From Octopus sinensis (lineage: Eukaryota), in contig NC_043023.1 of NCBI RefSeq assembly GCF_006345805.1, positions 11,656,001 to 11,720,000 on the forward strand: a stretch of 64,000 nt of DNA, read 5' to 3'. The translations under genes and the position numbers were made by a program. The notes beneath the pieces were generated by a model that was given only the letters and a program-made list of their open reading frames with translations, was not told the DNA's origin and did not search any database. Below are positions 1 through 12,084 of the stretch, in pieces. The stretch's first letter is position 1. Each line of letters opens with the position of its first letter.

Positions 1-409
1 AGTGGATTTGGAAGAAGGAAACTGAAAGAAGCCCGTTATATATGTGTATATATACGTGTGTGTGTTTGTCCCCCTAGCATTGCTTGGCAATCGATGCTGG
101 TGTGTTTACGTTCCCGTTACTTAGCGGTTCGGCATAAGTGACCAATAGAATAAGTACTGGGCTTACAAAAGAATAAGTTCTGGGGTCAATTTGCTCGACT
201 AAAGGCGGTGCTCCAGCATGGCCGCAGTCAAATGACTGGAACAAGTATGAGAGTAAAGAGTAACTAAACACTTAATTAAAAAAACTGCCGTTCAAACCGA
301 AAAGATCCGTACCTAGTAGAGTTTTATAGCAGAATATATGAGTACATTTTATTAAAATAATCTGATGAAAATTGGGATTAAGAAAAAACCGGAACGAAAC
401 CAACCAGTC

Positions 410-557
410 AGTAGAGCCATCTATTGGAGAATTAAAGAAATACAACTTTACAAAGGGAAATAACTTCAACTCCACTTTGCTGCCACCAATTAAATTATTA
501 ATTAAGGTGCTTAATTACTGATCATTGATTCGCTGTTTAAGTCTGAATACGGTAAGT
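410..557 (+). promoter_or_regulatory. Putative promoter/exon-1 module of ZNF-A
   Basis: gccatctattgg at 416, then aatacg|gtaagt donor at 552; a homologous module precedes B, C, D and G in the correct orientation. Confidence 0.55.
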
Positions 558-1410
558 TGATAAAGATTTACTTTAAGGCTGTAACGGTGATAATAATGCT
601 AACAATGATAATGTAAAGAATAGAATTATGTAACCCTCTCGATATTACAGTAATTATTTTTCGAAGCGGGAACCTGACAACAATTAAGAAAATATAATTT
701 GCTCGTCTTAATTAATAACTTCCAAACTGAAATGTTGATCTGTTGTTTAGGAAAACCTACAATCGACTTTTATATGTGATATAAAGGAAATTAATTGGTA
801 AAATGAAAGTAATGTGTCATTATTGATTAGTAAAAGGTGAGGGGAACGGTTGAAGACTACCACATTAATTAATTCTGTTGTGTCATTCTCTTTTAGTGCC
901 TTATTATTTAACACACTCACCGATAGAATTTCCACTTATTTCTTATTTTTGTTTCCCTAAAATTTTCGTTTCGTCTTGCAACCTTTTCAGTAGTTTTGAC
1001 TCTGTCCGTTATTTACACTGTGTTCCCTTTTGTTTGTTTGTGCGGTCGATAAATTAAGTACCAGTTACGAACTGGGTCGATGTAATCGACTTAATCCGTT
1101 TGTCTGCCCTTGTTTGTCCCCTCTGTCTTTAAGCCTCTTGTGGGTAATAACAAAACAGGTATTTCGTCTGCCGCCACGTTCTGAGTTCAGATTCCGCCAA
1201 GGTCGACTTTGCCTTTCATCCTTTCGGGGTCGATAAATTAAGTACCAGTTACGAACTGGGTCGATGTAATTGACTTAATACCTATGTCTTTCCTTGTTTG
1301 TCCCCTCTGTGTTTAGCCCCTTGTGGGTAATAAAGAAACATAAAAATTTCAAATTTTGGCCCAGGGCCAGCAACCTTTCATGTGAGCGAGAAGTGGAATA
1401 TATGGACCCC

Positions 1411-1645
1411 AAGGCGACGAGCTGGCAGAAATGTTAGCACGCCGGGCGAAATGCCTAGCGGTATTTCGTCTGCTGCTACGTTCTGAGTTCAAATTCCGCC
1501 GAGGTCGACTTTACCTTTCATCCTTTCGGGGTCGATAAATTAAGTACCAGTTACGCACTGGGGTCGATGTAATCGACTTAATACGTTTGTCTGTCCTTGT
1601 TTGTCCCCTCTGTGTTTAGCCCCTTCTGGGCAATAAAGAATTAAG
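1411..1645 (+). mobile_element. SINE family S1 (other copies 1045-1340, 8555-8790, 44958-45194 -, 50149-50340, 55795-56030 -)
   Basis: Head aaggcgacgagctggcagaa, core gagttcaaattccgccgaggtcgactttgcctttcatcc; many near-identical copies. Confidence 0.85.
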
Positions 1646-2484
1646 AATATATGGACCCCAGTATTTCCAGAAAGGAATGAAAGGCAAAATCGACCTCTGC
1701 CGTATTTGAACTCAGAACTTTCCGCTGAAGTCGAGATTTGACTTAAATTCTTTTCAGACTGTATAAATAATAACGACGATGATGATGATGATAAGCATTT
1801 TTACTTAAGGCCTGTAATTTGGTTGGGAGGTGTAATTCTATTGTATTAAGACCCCTGCTTCTTATTTTATTGAACTCGAAAGTCTGAAAGGCAAATTGAA
1901 CCTCGGTGGAATTTGAACTTTTAGAGTAAAGTCTGATGAGAGTTACATGTGATATGAAGTAAATAAATAAAAGATTCGGCAGATTAACGTTAATTCAAAA
2001 TCGTTAGATGTTCGTTACATTTAATTACTGCATAATGAGAGAAAAGGTGCCTAATTAATTGTGATAGACTAACTAATTGGTCTGGTATAAGTACATAAAT
2101 GTGCCCCACCGAATTTCTTTCCTACTCACTTTTGGATTGTAATTTTTTAATGAAATTTTCCATGACTATATTTCAGAAGATTTGGCAGATTAACGGTAAA
2201 TCAAAATCATTACATGTGATAGAAAGTAAATAGATAAAAGATTTCGTAGATTAACGGTAATTTAAAATCGATACATGTTCTTTACGTTTAATTACTGCAC
2301 AATAAGAGGAAACTTGCCTAATTAATTCTGATAGAATGACTACAAATCCATCTGGGGTAAGTACTTAAATGTACTCCACCGACTTCGTTTTCTCATCACT
2401 TTCTGAAAAATTGGTGTTTTTAAATGGAATCGCTTAGAGAAGCACTCCAGCATGGCCACAGTCCCTGGGTAAAACAGTAACTGA

Positions 2485-2785
2485 CACTCTGTGTTTTAGT
2501 TTATCCAATCAACTGAAAAGCCTGCTCATGGAATTAACATGCAAATGGCTGAGTATTCCACAGACATGGGGACCCTTGATATAGTCTTCAGGGAGATTCA
2601 GCATGACACGGATGATGAGAAGACTGGCCCTTTGAATTACAGGTGAAACTCATTTTTGACACCTGAGTGGACTGATGCAAAGTGAAATAAAATGGCTTGG
2701 AGACTCATTGCACCACTGTGTATCAAACTCACAACTTTACAATTGTGAGTGAAATACCCTAACCACTAAGCCATGCCACTTCACA
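2485..2785 (-). mobile_element. tRNA-derived SINE, duplicated with unit B at about 9070-9375
   Basis: Minus-strand head tggcttagtgg (A box) and gagtttgatac (B-box-like). Confidence 0.7.
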
Positions 2786-3009
2786 GGTGAAACAAGTGAA
2801 AGGAGAGAAGAGAAAGAAAACAGATGAATAATTAGAGAAATGTGGAAGCGATTCATCTATATACAGAATGTTGTAAAAGTTTCAATGCCTCAATGGATTC
2901 TGACCCATGCAAACGTAGATATTAAATGGATGACAATTGACGTTGTAAAATTGAATTACTCTGTTGTTTAACTATCCACTTTATCTTACTGCCTCTTTTC
3001 CTATTTCAG

Positions 3010-3309
3010 AATATCACATAATGTCAACATAATAGAAATTTCTTCAATCAGATGTGCCTCTGATGTTTTTATTGACTTTCCTTGACTGAAGGACGTCCAT
3101 GTATTAACAAGAAACATTCATCAATACATCAAACTCTTAATATAAATTTGATCTTCGACAAATGATGGGGAAAAATTTCTGGACATTGTATTTAACAACA
3201 ACATTGTTTGTCTTCACTGTCTGGAATGTAGAGGAGATTATCAATTAACAGGTTAATTAACGTTGGATAACTTTACAAAAGATTTGACAGTTTTCATTTT
3301 CTACTTTAG
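3010..3309 (+). other. ZNF-A 5'UTR exon (3010-3251) and 58-nt intron (3252-3309)
   Basis: Acceptor cctatttcag|a, donor cag|gttaat, acceptor ctactttag. Homologous acceptors at 9598, 17788, 27875, 30833, 36260, 40288, 45812 and 62962; equivalent introns at 18032-18089 and 35971-36021. Confidence 0.6.
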
Positions 3310-3442
3310 ACATTAAGTAAAATCACAAATGAAAGAAACATAAGATGAAATTATTCTCTAGAAATAGTGACACAACTAAACACTAACATCCACAGAATTT
3401 TGAAAAACACACTATTATTGTGATATTTATTATTCTCTCATA

Positions 3443-4831
3443 ATGAATAATTTGACTAAACCAAAAGCCCCTGATACAAGAGAGAAGCCATATCATTGTG
3501 ATGTCTGTGGTAAGTCATTCGGTGAAGAAAGAGCCTTAACCAAACACAAATGCATTCATAGAGGAGAGAGATCACATCACTGTGATGTATGTGGTAAATC
3601 ATTCTCTCAAAAGGGTTCTTTGACTTGTCACAAACGTGTTCATACTGGGGAAAAACCACATCATTGTGATATCTGTGGTAAATCATTCTCTCAAAGTGCT
3701 TCTTTGACTTATCACAAACGTATTCATACTGGGGAAAAACCATATCACTGTGATATCTGTGGCAAATTATTTTCTTGGTCTTGTTCCTTGAAATCACACA
3801 AATGTGTTCATACAGGAGAGAAGCCATATCACTGTGATATCTGTGGTAAATCATTCTCTCAAAATGGTCATTTGACTGGTCACAAGCATATTCATACTGA
3901 GGAAAACCCATATCAGTGTGATATTTGTGGTAAATCATTTTCTGATAATAGCACTTTAACTAGTCACAAATATACTCATACAAGAGAGAAACCATATCAC
4001 TGTGATATCTGTGGTAAATCATTCTCTCAAAGGGGAGACTTGTCTAAACACAAACATACACACACAGGAGAGAAGCCATACCCTTGTAATATCTGCGGTA
4101 AATCATTTTCTCGAAATACCACTTTAACTAGTCATAAACGTATTCATACAGGAGAGAAGCCATATCATTGTGATATCTGTGGTAAATCATTCTCTGTAAG
4201 TTGTCATTTGACTAGGCACAGACGTATTCATACAGGTGAGAAGCCATTTCATTGTGATATCTGTGGTAAATCATTTTCAGGTTGTGGTAACTTGGCTTTA
4301 CACAAACGTACACATACAGGAGAGAAGCCATTTCATTGTAAGATCTGTGGTGAATCATTTTCTAGAAATAATTACTTGACTGTTCACAAACGTGTTCATA
4401 CAGGTGAAAAACCATATCAGTGTGATATCTGTGATAAATCATTTTCTGTAAATAGCACTTTAACTAGTCACAAGCGTATTCATACAGGAGAGAAGCCATA
4501 TCAGTGTAATATCTGTGGTAAACCATTCTCTACTAGTAGTATCTTGAATCGGCACATACTTACACATACAGGGGAGAAGCCATATTATTGTGATATCTGT
4601 GGTAAATCATTCAGTCAAAGTGGGGAATTGTCAAGACACAAACGCGTTCATACAGGAGAGAAGCCATATTGTTGTAATATCTGTGGTAGATCATTTTCTG
4701 GAAATAGTGACTTGATTAAACACCAATGTATTCATACAAGAGAGAAGCCATATCATTGTGATATCTGTGGTAAATCATTCTCTCAAAAATGCCTCTTAAA
4801 TACACATGTGAGTATTCATACACAAGTTTGA
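3443..4831 (+). CDS. C2H2 zinc-finger protein A (16 tandem fingers, single coding exon)
   Basis: 462-aa ATG ORF of 16 CxxC-x12-HxxxH repeats with TGEKP(Y/F) linkers; N-terminus MNNLTKPK is shared with its paralogs; no effector domain visible. Confidence 0.93.
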   Translation: MNNLTKPKAPDTREKPYHCDVCGKSFGEERALTKHKCIHRGERSHHCDVCGKSFSQKGSLTCHKRVHTGEKPHHCDICGKSFSQSASLTYHKRIHTGEKPYHCDICGKLFSWSCSLKSHKCVHTGEKPYHCDICGKSFSQNGHLTGHKHIHTEENPYQCDICGKSFSDNSTLTSHKYTHTREKPYHCDICGKSFSQRGDLSKHKHTHTGEKPYPCNICGKSFSRNTTLTSHKRIHTGEKPYHCDICGKSFSVSCHLTRHRRIHTGEKPFHCDICGKSFSGCGNLALHKRTHTGEKPFHCKICGESFSRNNYLTVHKRVHTGEKPYQCDICDKSFSVNSTLTSHKRIHTGEKPYQCNICGKPFSTSSILNRHILTHTGEKPYYCDICGKSFSQSGELSRHKRVHTGEKPYCCNICGRSFSGNSDLIKHQCIHTREKPYHCDICGKSFSQKCLLNTHVSIHTQV

Positions 4832-5341
4832 CATGTCAGTGTCAAAATTTACAACTGGACAAAAATTATGAATATTTTGTCAGATGAAAAACAGGTTATT
4901 CCTCTTAAAGCTTCATATTATCAACTTCAATTTCATCAATGTCTATATGAAATTTATGAATATCAACTTCAACACATGTCATCATCATCATCGTTTAACG
5001 TCTGCTTTCCATGCTAGCATGGGTTGGACGATTTGACTGAGGTCTGGCGAACCAGACCCCAATCTTGATCTGGCAGAGTTTCTACAGCTGGATGCCCTTC
5101 CTAACGCCAACCACTCCGAGAGTGTAGAGGGTGCTTTTACATGCCACCGGCGCGGGGGCTAGTCAGGCGCTACTGGCATGTATATATGTAAATGAAGAGG
5201 ATTGTGCTGAATTTTTTAGGAATTTGTTATGAGAGAATAAATGTATGGGAATAAGGAATAAAATTTGAAAGGGACATTGATTTTGTCTTTGTTGTGTTTT
5301 GATCATCATCATCCTTTTGTCTGTAGGCTTGGGTGGGCAAG

Positions 5342-5637
5342 TGTGACATGAGCTGTCAAGCCAGGGTGCTGTTCCAGATTGCAGACAGATTTGGCTGTAT
5401 ACCCTTAAAATACATGGCATAGATTATAAATATCCCTGTTCAAGTATCATAATAGCATGAAACTAGTAGTAGCCCTTTCAATTGTGTATTTAATTTGATA
5501 TATGTATGTGTGTGTTTGAACATGATATCAGTCTGATAACTAAAATAAATGTATACGAATCTTGTATTTGAAGCATACTTCTGAATGGGGCAGAAGCATG
5601 GACTGCCTTCTGCAGACAAATAAGGAAACTTGAAACT
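5342..5637 (+). repeat. 296-bp direct repeat, left copy (target-site duplication)
   Basis: Matches 6923-7218 with 2 mismatches seen. Confidence 0.95.
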
Positions 5638-6922
5638 GCCAGAGATGGTATCAACTGACATACGTAGCACATAATCAACAACAATGAAGAAAAGAAATGG
5701 GGCGTAGGTGTCTCCCTGCAGTATTCCGGCTTTGATTGAGAAAGATGATGTTTCTCTATCAGGGGTTAAGATGGTTGAAGACGTATCTGTGTAGAGGACC
5801 TTGATGGCAGAAATAATTTTGCCTGGTATCCCATAGAGCTTAAGGATTTCAAACATCTTGTACCTATCTACAGAATCGAACGCTTTAGAGAAGTCTACAA
5901 ATACCATTGCAAGATCGCGATTAAATGCTTTTGATTCTTCAATAAGTCTGCGCAGGCATAGTATCTGGCTCAGCATTGAGCGCCCATGTCTGAATCCATT
6001 TTGGTTCTTTCGGAGCAAAGGTTCAATAAAGGACAAGACGATTTAGGATCAGTTTGTTGTACAGTTTTGCAGCAATTGACATTAGAGATATGCCCCTGTA
6101 GTTGGTGACGAGGGACAAATCGCCTTTTTTGGGTATTGGAATGATTTGAGATTGGTGCCAAATCTTTGGAGCGACAAAGGTAGAAAGTGTGTGATTCTCT
6201 CTCCAATGCCCAGTCTCTTTTACAATCTCTTGAACAGGCCTCAAATTGTGTAGGTCTTTACCTCAATGAGGCCAAAACTGAATACATAAACAAGTGCCTG
6301 TCCAACAGTGATTGCATCATCCACACTCTCAACAGTGCACCTTTAAATATGGTTTCTGATTACAAATACCTTGGGTCATACATATCATCATCTGGAAAAG
6401 ACTTTCTAACTAGAAAGGGTATGGCCTGGTCAGCCTGTAATGACATGCATAAGATCTGGTCATCAAATCTAAGTTGAGACTTCAAACTTGAGATATTCAA
6501 AGCCACAGTCGAACCAATTCTACTATATGGCTCAGAAACCTGGACGTTATCAAAGAAGCTTGAGAGGCGGTTGGATGGAACCTACACTCGCCTCCTTATG
6601 AGAGCTCAAAATCTCTCATGGAAGTGCCATCCAACCAAAATGCAAATATATGGGAAATTACCACCTGTGTCATCTCTTGTGAAAGGTAGGAGAGTCCAGT
6701 TTGCTGGACATTGTTGTAGAGCTGAAAAAGAATTAATTTCTACTCTTCTCCTCTGGAAGCCATCTACTCGCAATACCAGAGGGCGCACACTCCTACCCTG
6801 AGGTAGTCTCCAGGGATACAGGCATCCAGCAACAGGACCTCTGTAATGCTATGATGGACCGTGAAGTCTGGCGTAACATAGTAAATTCCATTGTCTCGAC
6901 CACGGTTGAACAATGATGATCA
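5638..6922 (+). mobile_element. 5'-truncated, 5'-inverted RTE-clade LINE
   Basis: The minus strand about 6190->5638 encodes RT (IIPIPKKGD...NYRGISL...FVDFSKAFDSV...GILQGDT); the plus strand about 6190-6915 encodes the RT C-terminus (YKYLGS...LLYGSETW...VQFAGH) ending in a tgatgat tail. Confidence 0.92.
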
Positions 6923-7218
6923 TGTGACGTGAGCTGTCAAGCCAGGGTGCTGTTCCAGATTGCAGACAGATTTGGCTGTATGCCCTTAAAATACATGGCA
7001 TAGATTATAAATATCCCTGTTCAAGTATCATAATAGCATGAAACTAGTAGTAGCCCTTTCAATTGTGTATTTAATTTGATATATGTATGTGTGTGTTTGA
7101 ACATGATATCAGTCTGATAACTAAAATAAATGTATACGAATCTTGTATTTGAAGCATACTTCTGAATGGGGCAGAAGCATGGACTGCCTTCTGCAGACAA
7201 ATAAGGAAACTTGAAACT
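6923..7218 (+). repeat. 296-bp direct repeat, right copy
   Basis: Matches 5342-5637; a single copy is present at the paralogous site about 11808-12081. Confidence 0.95.
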
Positions 7219-7717
7219 TTTCACATATGCAGCAAAATGGCAAGATAAGACATCAAATGTCAAAATCTTTGAAATATGTGGTATGTCCAGTATCCATAGC
7301 ATACTGATGAGGATTCAGTGCAGATGGGTAGGACATGTTTTACAAGTGAAAAATGACTGCATTATGAAAGTTCTTCGGTGTATCCAACAAAGAACAGCAG
7401 AAATTGTATTCACCTCAATAGACGTCATTGATTTGTTGAAATTGCCGAAATGCAAGAAATTTAACAACAAATAGCTTAGAAACTACAGAAATTTTCTCAA
7501 GAAAGCCAAGAGAAAAAGATGTTATATGTAACAACATTCTACAAGTATACGAAGTTTAAAAGTGGTTATTTACAAAGAAATTATTTATAAAATCTGCCGG
7601 TCAAAGTGAGAAGGTCCCAGGCTTGTTTTTGAGGCTACAGCTCCCAATAAAAATTCAGCTTTTCTGGTGAAAATTTGAAAACTCTTCAAGATGAAGATGT
7701 TCACAGAATGGGATAGT

Positions 7718-7867
7718 AGAGTCATCTGTTGGAGAAAAAAAGAAATACGTCCAGCTAAAGGGAAATAACTTTTACAACACTCCAAACCACGTGGTCCCTG
7801 TAAATTATTAATTAAGGTGCTTAATTACTGATCACTGACTCGTTGTTTATATTTGAATGCGGTAAGT
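7718..7867 (+). promoter_or_regulatory. Putative promoter/exon-1 module of ZNF-B
   Basis: gtcatctgttgg at 7721; donor gcg|gtaagt at 7862. Confidence 0.5.
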
Positions 7868-9867
7868 TGACAAAGATTTACTTTAAGTCTGTAAAGGTGA
7901 TACTACTACTACTACTAATAATAATGTAATAAAAGGATTATGTGAACCTCTTGATCATAAAGTAATTATTTCGAATCGGAATCTTAACAAAATTAGGAAA
8001 ATTATATTTGTTCGTCTTAATTAATAACTTCCAAACTGAAATGTTAATCTGTTGTTTATGGAAACCTATGATCGACTGTTACATGTGATATAAAGGAAAT
8101 TAACGGCTAATAATGATAATGTAAAGAATAGAATTATGTAACCCTCTCGATGTTACAGTAATTATTTTTCGAAGCGGGAACCTGACAACAATTAGGAAAA
8201 TATATTTGCTCATCTTAATAACTTCCTAACTGAAATGTTGATCTGTTGTTTAGGAAAACCTATGATCGACTTTTATATGTGATATAAAGGAAATTAATTG
8301 GTAAAATGAAAGTAATGTGTCATTATTAATTAGTAAAAGGTGAGGGGAACGGTTGAAGACTACCACATTAATTAATTCTGTTGTGTCTGGGAAGAGTCAT
8401 CCTCTTTTAGTGCCTTATTATTTAACACACTCACCGATAAAATTTCCACTTATTATTTTTGTTTCCCTAAAATTTTCGTTTCGTCTTGCAACCTTTTCAA
8501 TAGTTTTGACTCTGTCCGTTATTTACACTGTGTTCCCTTTTGTTTGTTTGTGCGGTCGATAAATTAAGTACCAGTTACGAACTGGGTCGATGTAATCGAC
8601 TTAATCCGTTTGTCTGTCCTCGTTTGTCCCCTCTGTGTTTAATTCTCTTGTGGGTAGTAAAGAAATAGGTATTTCGTCTGCCGTTACGTCCTGGGTTCAA
8701 ATTCCGCCGAGGTCGACTTTGCCTTTCATCCTTTCGGGGTCGATAAGTTAAGTACCAGTTACGAACTGGGTCGATGTCTGTCCTTGTTTGATTTTGATTG
8801 TTAATTGTTTAAATCACTTTCCATTGCTTTCGGGGTTTTTTACACGCGTGACAATTGAATTAATTTAGGCCTTCAAAAGGAAAAGATCCCATTTGATTAC
8901 TGCACAATAAGAGGAAACTTGCCTAATTAATTCTGATAGAATAACTATAAATTCGTCTGGGGTAATTACTTAAATGTACCCCACCGACTTCGTTTCCTCG
9001 TCACTTTCTTAAAAATTGGTATTTTTAAATGAAATCTATAAAAGAAATACTCCAGCATGGCCACAGTAACTGACACTCTGTGTTTTAGTTTAGCCATTCA
9101 ACTGAAAAGCCTGCTCATGGAATTAACATGCAAATGGCTGAGTATTCCACAGACCTGGGGACCCTTGATATAGTCTTCAGGGAGGCACAGCATGACACAG
9201 ATGGTGAGAAGACTGGCCCTTTGAATTACAGGTGAAACTCATTTTTGACACCTGAGTGGACTAATGCAAAGTGAAATAAAATGGCTTGGAGACTCATTGC
9301 ACCACTGTGTATCAAACTCACAACTTTACAATTGTGAGTGAAATACCCTAACCACTAAGCCATGCCACTTCACAGGTGAAACAAGTGAAAGGAGAGAAGA
9401 GAAAGAAAACAGATAAATAATTAGAGAAATGTGGAAGCAATTCATCTATATACAGAATGTTGTAACAGATTCAATGCCTCAATGGATTCTGCCCCATGCA
9501 AACGTAGTTATTAAATGGATGACAATTGATTTCGTAAAATTGAATTACTCTGTTGTTTAACTATCCACTTTATCTTACTGCCTCTTTTCTTATTTCAGGA
9601 TATCACATCGTGTCAACATAAAAGAAATTTCTTCAATCAGATGTGCCTCTGATGTTTTTATTGACTTTCCTTGACTGAAGGACGTCCACGTATTAACAAG
9701 AAACATTCATCAATACATCATACTCTTAATATAAATTTTCTACTTTAGACATTGAGTAAAATCACAAATGAAAGAAACATAACATTAAATTATTCTCTGG
9801 AAATAGTGACACAACTAAACACTAACATCCACAGAATTTTGAAAAACACACTATTATTGTGATATTT

Positions 9868-11445
9868 ATGACAGATTATTCTCTCATAATGAATAATTTG
9901 ACTAAACCAAAAACCTCTGATACAAGAGAGAAGCCATATCATTGTGATGTCTGTGGTAATTCATTCGGTGAAGAAAGAGCCTTAACCAAACACAAATGCA
10001 TTCATAGAGGAGGGAAATCGCACCACTGTGATGTATGTGGTAAATCATTCTCTCAAAGGGGTTCTTTGACTTGTCACAAACGTGTTCATACTGGGGAAAA
10101 ACCACATCATTGTGATATCTGTGGTAAATCATTCTCTCAAAGTGCTTCTTTGACTTATCACAAACGTATTCATACTGGGGAAAAACCATATCACTGTGAT
10201 ATCTGTGGCAAATTATTTTCTGGGTCTGGTCCCTTGAAATCACACAAACGTGTTCATACAGGAGATAAGCCATATCACTGTGATATTTGTGGTAAATCAT
10301 TCTCTCAAAATAATACTTTAACTAGTCACAAACGTATTCATACAGGAGAGAAGCCATTTCATGGTGATATTTGTGATAAATCTTTCACTAGCAGTAGTCA
10401 ATTAATTCATCACAAACGCATTCATACTGGGGAAAAACCACATCACTGTGACATCTGTGGTAAATCATTCTCTCAAAATAGTACTTTAACTAGTCACAAA
10501 CGTATTCATACAGGAGAAAAACCATATCAGTGTGATATCTGTGGTAAATCATTTTCTGAGTCTAGTTACTTGAAAAAACACAAACGTGTTCATACAGGAG
10601 AGAAGCCATATCACTGTAATATTTGTGGTTGGTCATTCTCTCAAAGGAGTGCCTTGACTACACACTCATACACACATACAGTAGATAAGCCATTTCATTG
10701 TAATATCTGTGACAAAGTTTTCACTACCAGTAGTTACTTAATTCGTCACAAACGCATTCATACTGGGGAAAAATCACATCACTGTCATATCTGTGGTAAC
10801 TCATTTTCCACTAAAGAAACTTTAGCTCGTCACAAACGTATTCATACTGGGGAAAAGCCATATCAATGTGATATTTGTGGTAAATCATTTTCTCAAGGTG
10901 GCGACATGCTTAAACACAAACGTACTCATACAGGTGAGAAGCCATATCATTGTGATATTTGTGGTAAATCATTTTCTCAAGGTGGCGACGTGCTTAAACA
11001 CAAACGTACTCATACAGGCGAGAAGCCATATCATTGTAGTATCTGTGGTAAAACATTTTCTGGAAGTAGTGACTTGATTAAACACAAAAGTGTTCATACA
11101 GGAGAGAAGCCATATTATTGTGATATCTGTGGTAAATCATTCTCTACAAATAGCTATTTGATTAGTCACACACGTATTCATACTGAAGAAAACCCATATC
11201 AGTGTGATATTTGTGGTAAATCATTTTCTCACAACATTACTTTAAATAATCACAGACATATTCATACAGGAGAGAAGCCATATCTTTGTAATATCTGTGG
11301 TAAATCGTTTTCTCGAAATAGCAGTTTAACTAATCACAGACGTATTCATACAGGTGAAAGACCATATCATTGCGACATCTGTGGTGAGTCATTCTCTCAA
11401 AAACGCCACTTAGGTACACATATGAATATTCATACACAAGAGTAA
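9868..11445 (+). CDS. C2H2 zinc-finger protein B (18 fingers, finger 6 has Cys->Gly)
   Basis: Open frame; first ATG at 9868 (the track starts at GTG 9859); fingers 1-4 are nearly identical to A. Confidence 0.93.
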   Translation: MTDYSLIMNNLTKPKTSDTREKPYHCDVCGNSFGEERALTKHKCIHRGGKSHHCDVCGKSFSQRGSLTCHKRVHTGEKPHHCDICGKSFSQSASLTYHKRIHTGEKPYHCDICGKLFSGSGPLKSHKRVHTGDKPYHCDICGKSFSQNNTLTSHKRIHTGEKPFHGDICDKSFTSSSQLIHHKRIHTGEKPHHCDICGKSFSQNSTLTSHKRIHTGEKPYQCDICGKSFSESSYLKKHKRVHTGEKPYHCNICGWSFSQRSALTTHSYTHTVDKPFHCNICDKVFTTSSYLIRHKRIHTGEKSHHCHICGNSFSTKETLARHKRIHTGEKPYQCDICGKSFSQGGDMLKHKRTHTGEKPYHCDICGKSFSQGGDVLKHKRTHTGEKPYHCSICGKTFSGSSDLIKHKSVHTGEKPYYCDICGKSFSTNSYLISHTRIHTEENPYQCDICGKSFSHNITLNNHRHIHTGEKPYLCNICGKSFSRNSSLTNHRRIHTGERPYHCDICGESFSQKRHLGTHMNIHTQE

Positions 11446-12084
11446 CCGTATCAGTATCAAAATTACAACAGGACAACAATTATGAATATTTTGTCTGCTA
11501 AAAGACAGGGTTTATCCCTCTTCAAGCTTGACATTATCAACTTCGGTTTCTTGGATGTCAACATGAAATTCATGAATCACAACTTCAATATCACTTATAT
11601 ATTTAAATATATCAACACAGAGATGACTTTGGTTTCTGAAGATGATTGTGCTGGATTTTTGAGGAATTTGTTATGAGAGAATAAAGGAATGGGAATAAGG
11701 AATAAAAGTTTTAAGTGACTTTGATTTTGTCTTTGTTGTGTTTTCATCATCATCATCTAACATCCATTTTTAGCATCCGTCTTCTATACAGGCTTGGATG
11801 GGAAAGTGTGACATGAGCTGTCAAGCCAGAGTGTTTTTCCAGATTTGGCTGTGTACCTTAAGATACATGGTGTATTTTATAAATATGCCTGTTCATGTAT
11901 CATAACAGCATGAAACTAGTGGTAGCTCTCTCGGTTATGTATTTAATTTGATATGTGTGTGTGTGTTTGTGAACACAGTGACAGTCTGGTGACTAAAATA
12001 AGTGTATACTAATCTCGTATTTTGAGTCTGGGGCAGAAGCATGGACTCCCTTTTACAAAGAAATAAAAAAAACTTGAAACTTTC

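Noticed and set aside
3010-3085. ISHHVDIKE frame of the shared 5' exon as a currently translated peptide
   Set aside because: With the proposed exon 1, a TGA lies two codons before the junction and only B has an ATG there; stop positions differ among paralogs.
3456-3938. MIYHRYH-type ORFs antisense to the ZNF genes (also 9902, 18821, 34608, 39591, 46760, 63177)
   Set aside because: Shadow frames of the 84-nt finger repeat.
5440-6036. 198-aa ORF as an RT gene
   Set aside because: Chimera of an inverted LINE fragment and the duplicated target site; the catalytic xADD motif is absent.
11482-11676. Sense downstream ORF MNILSAKRQG in the 3'UTR of B and C (19456-19662)
   Set aside because: Frameshifted by 1 nt in E; the codon bias favours the opposite strand.
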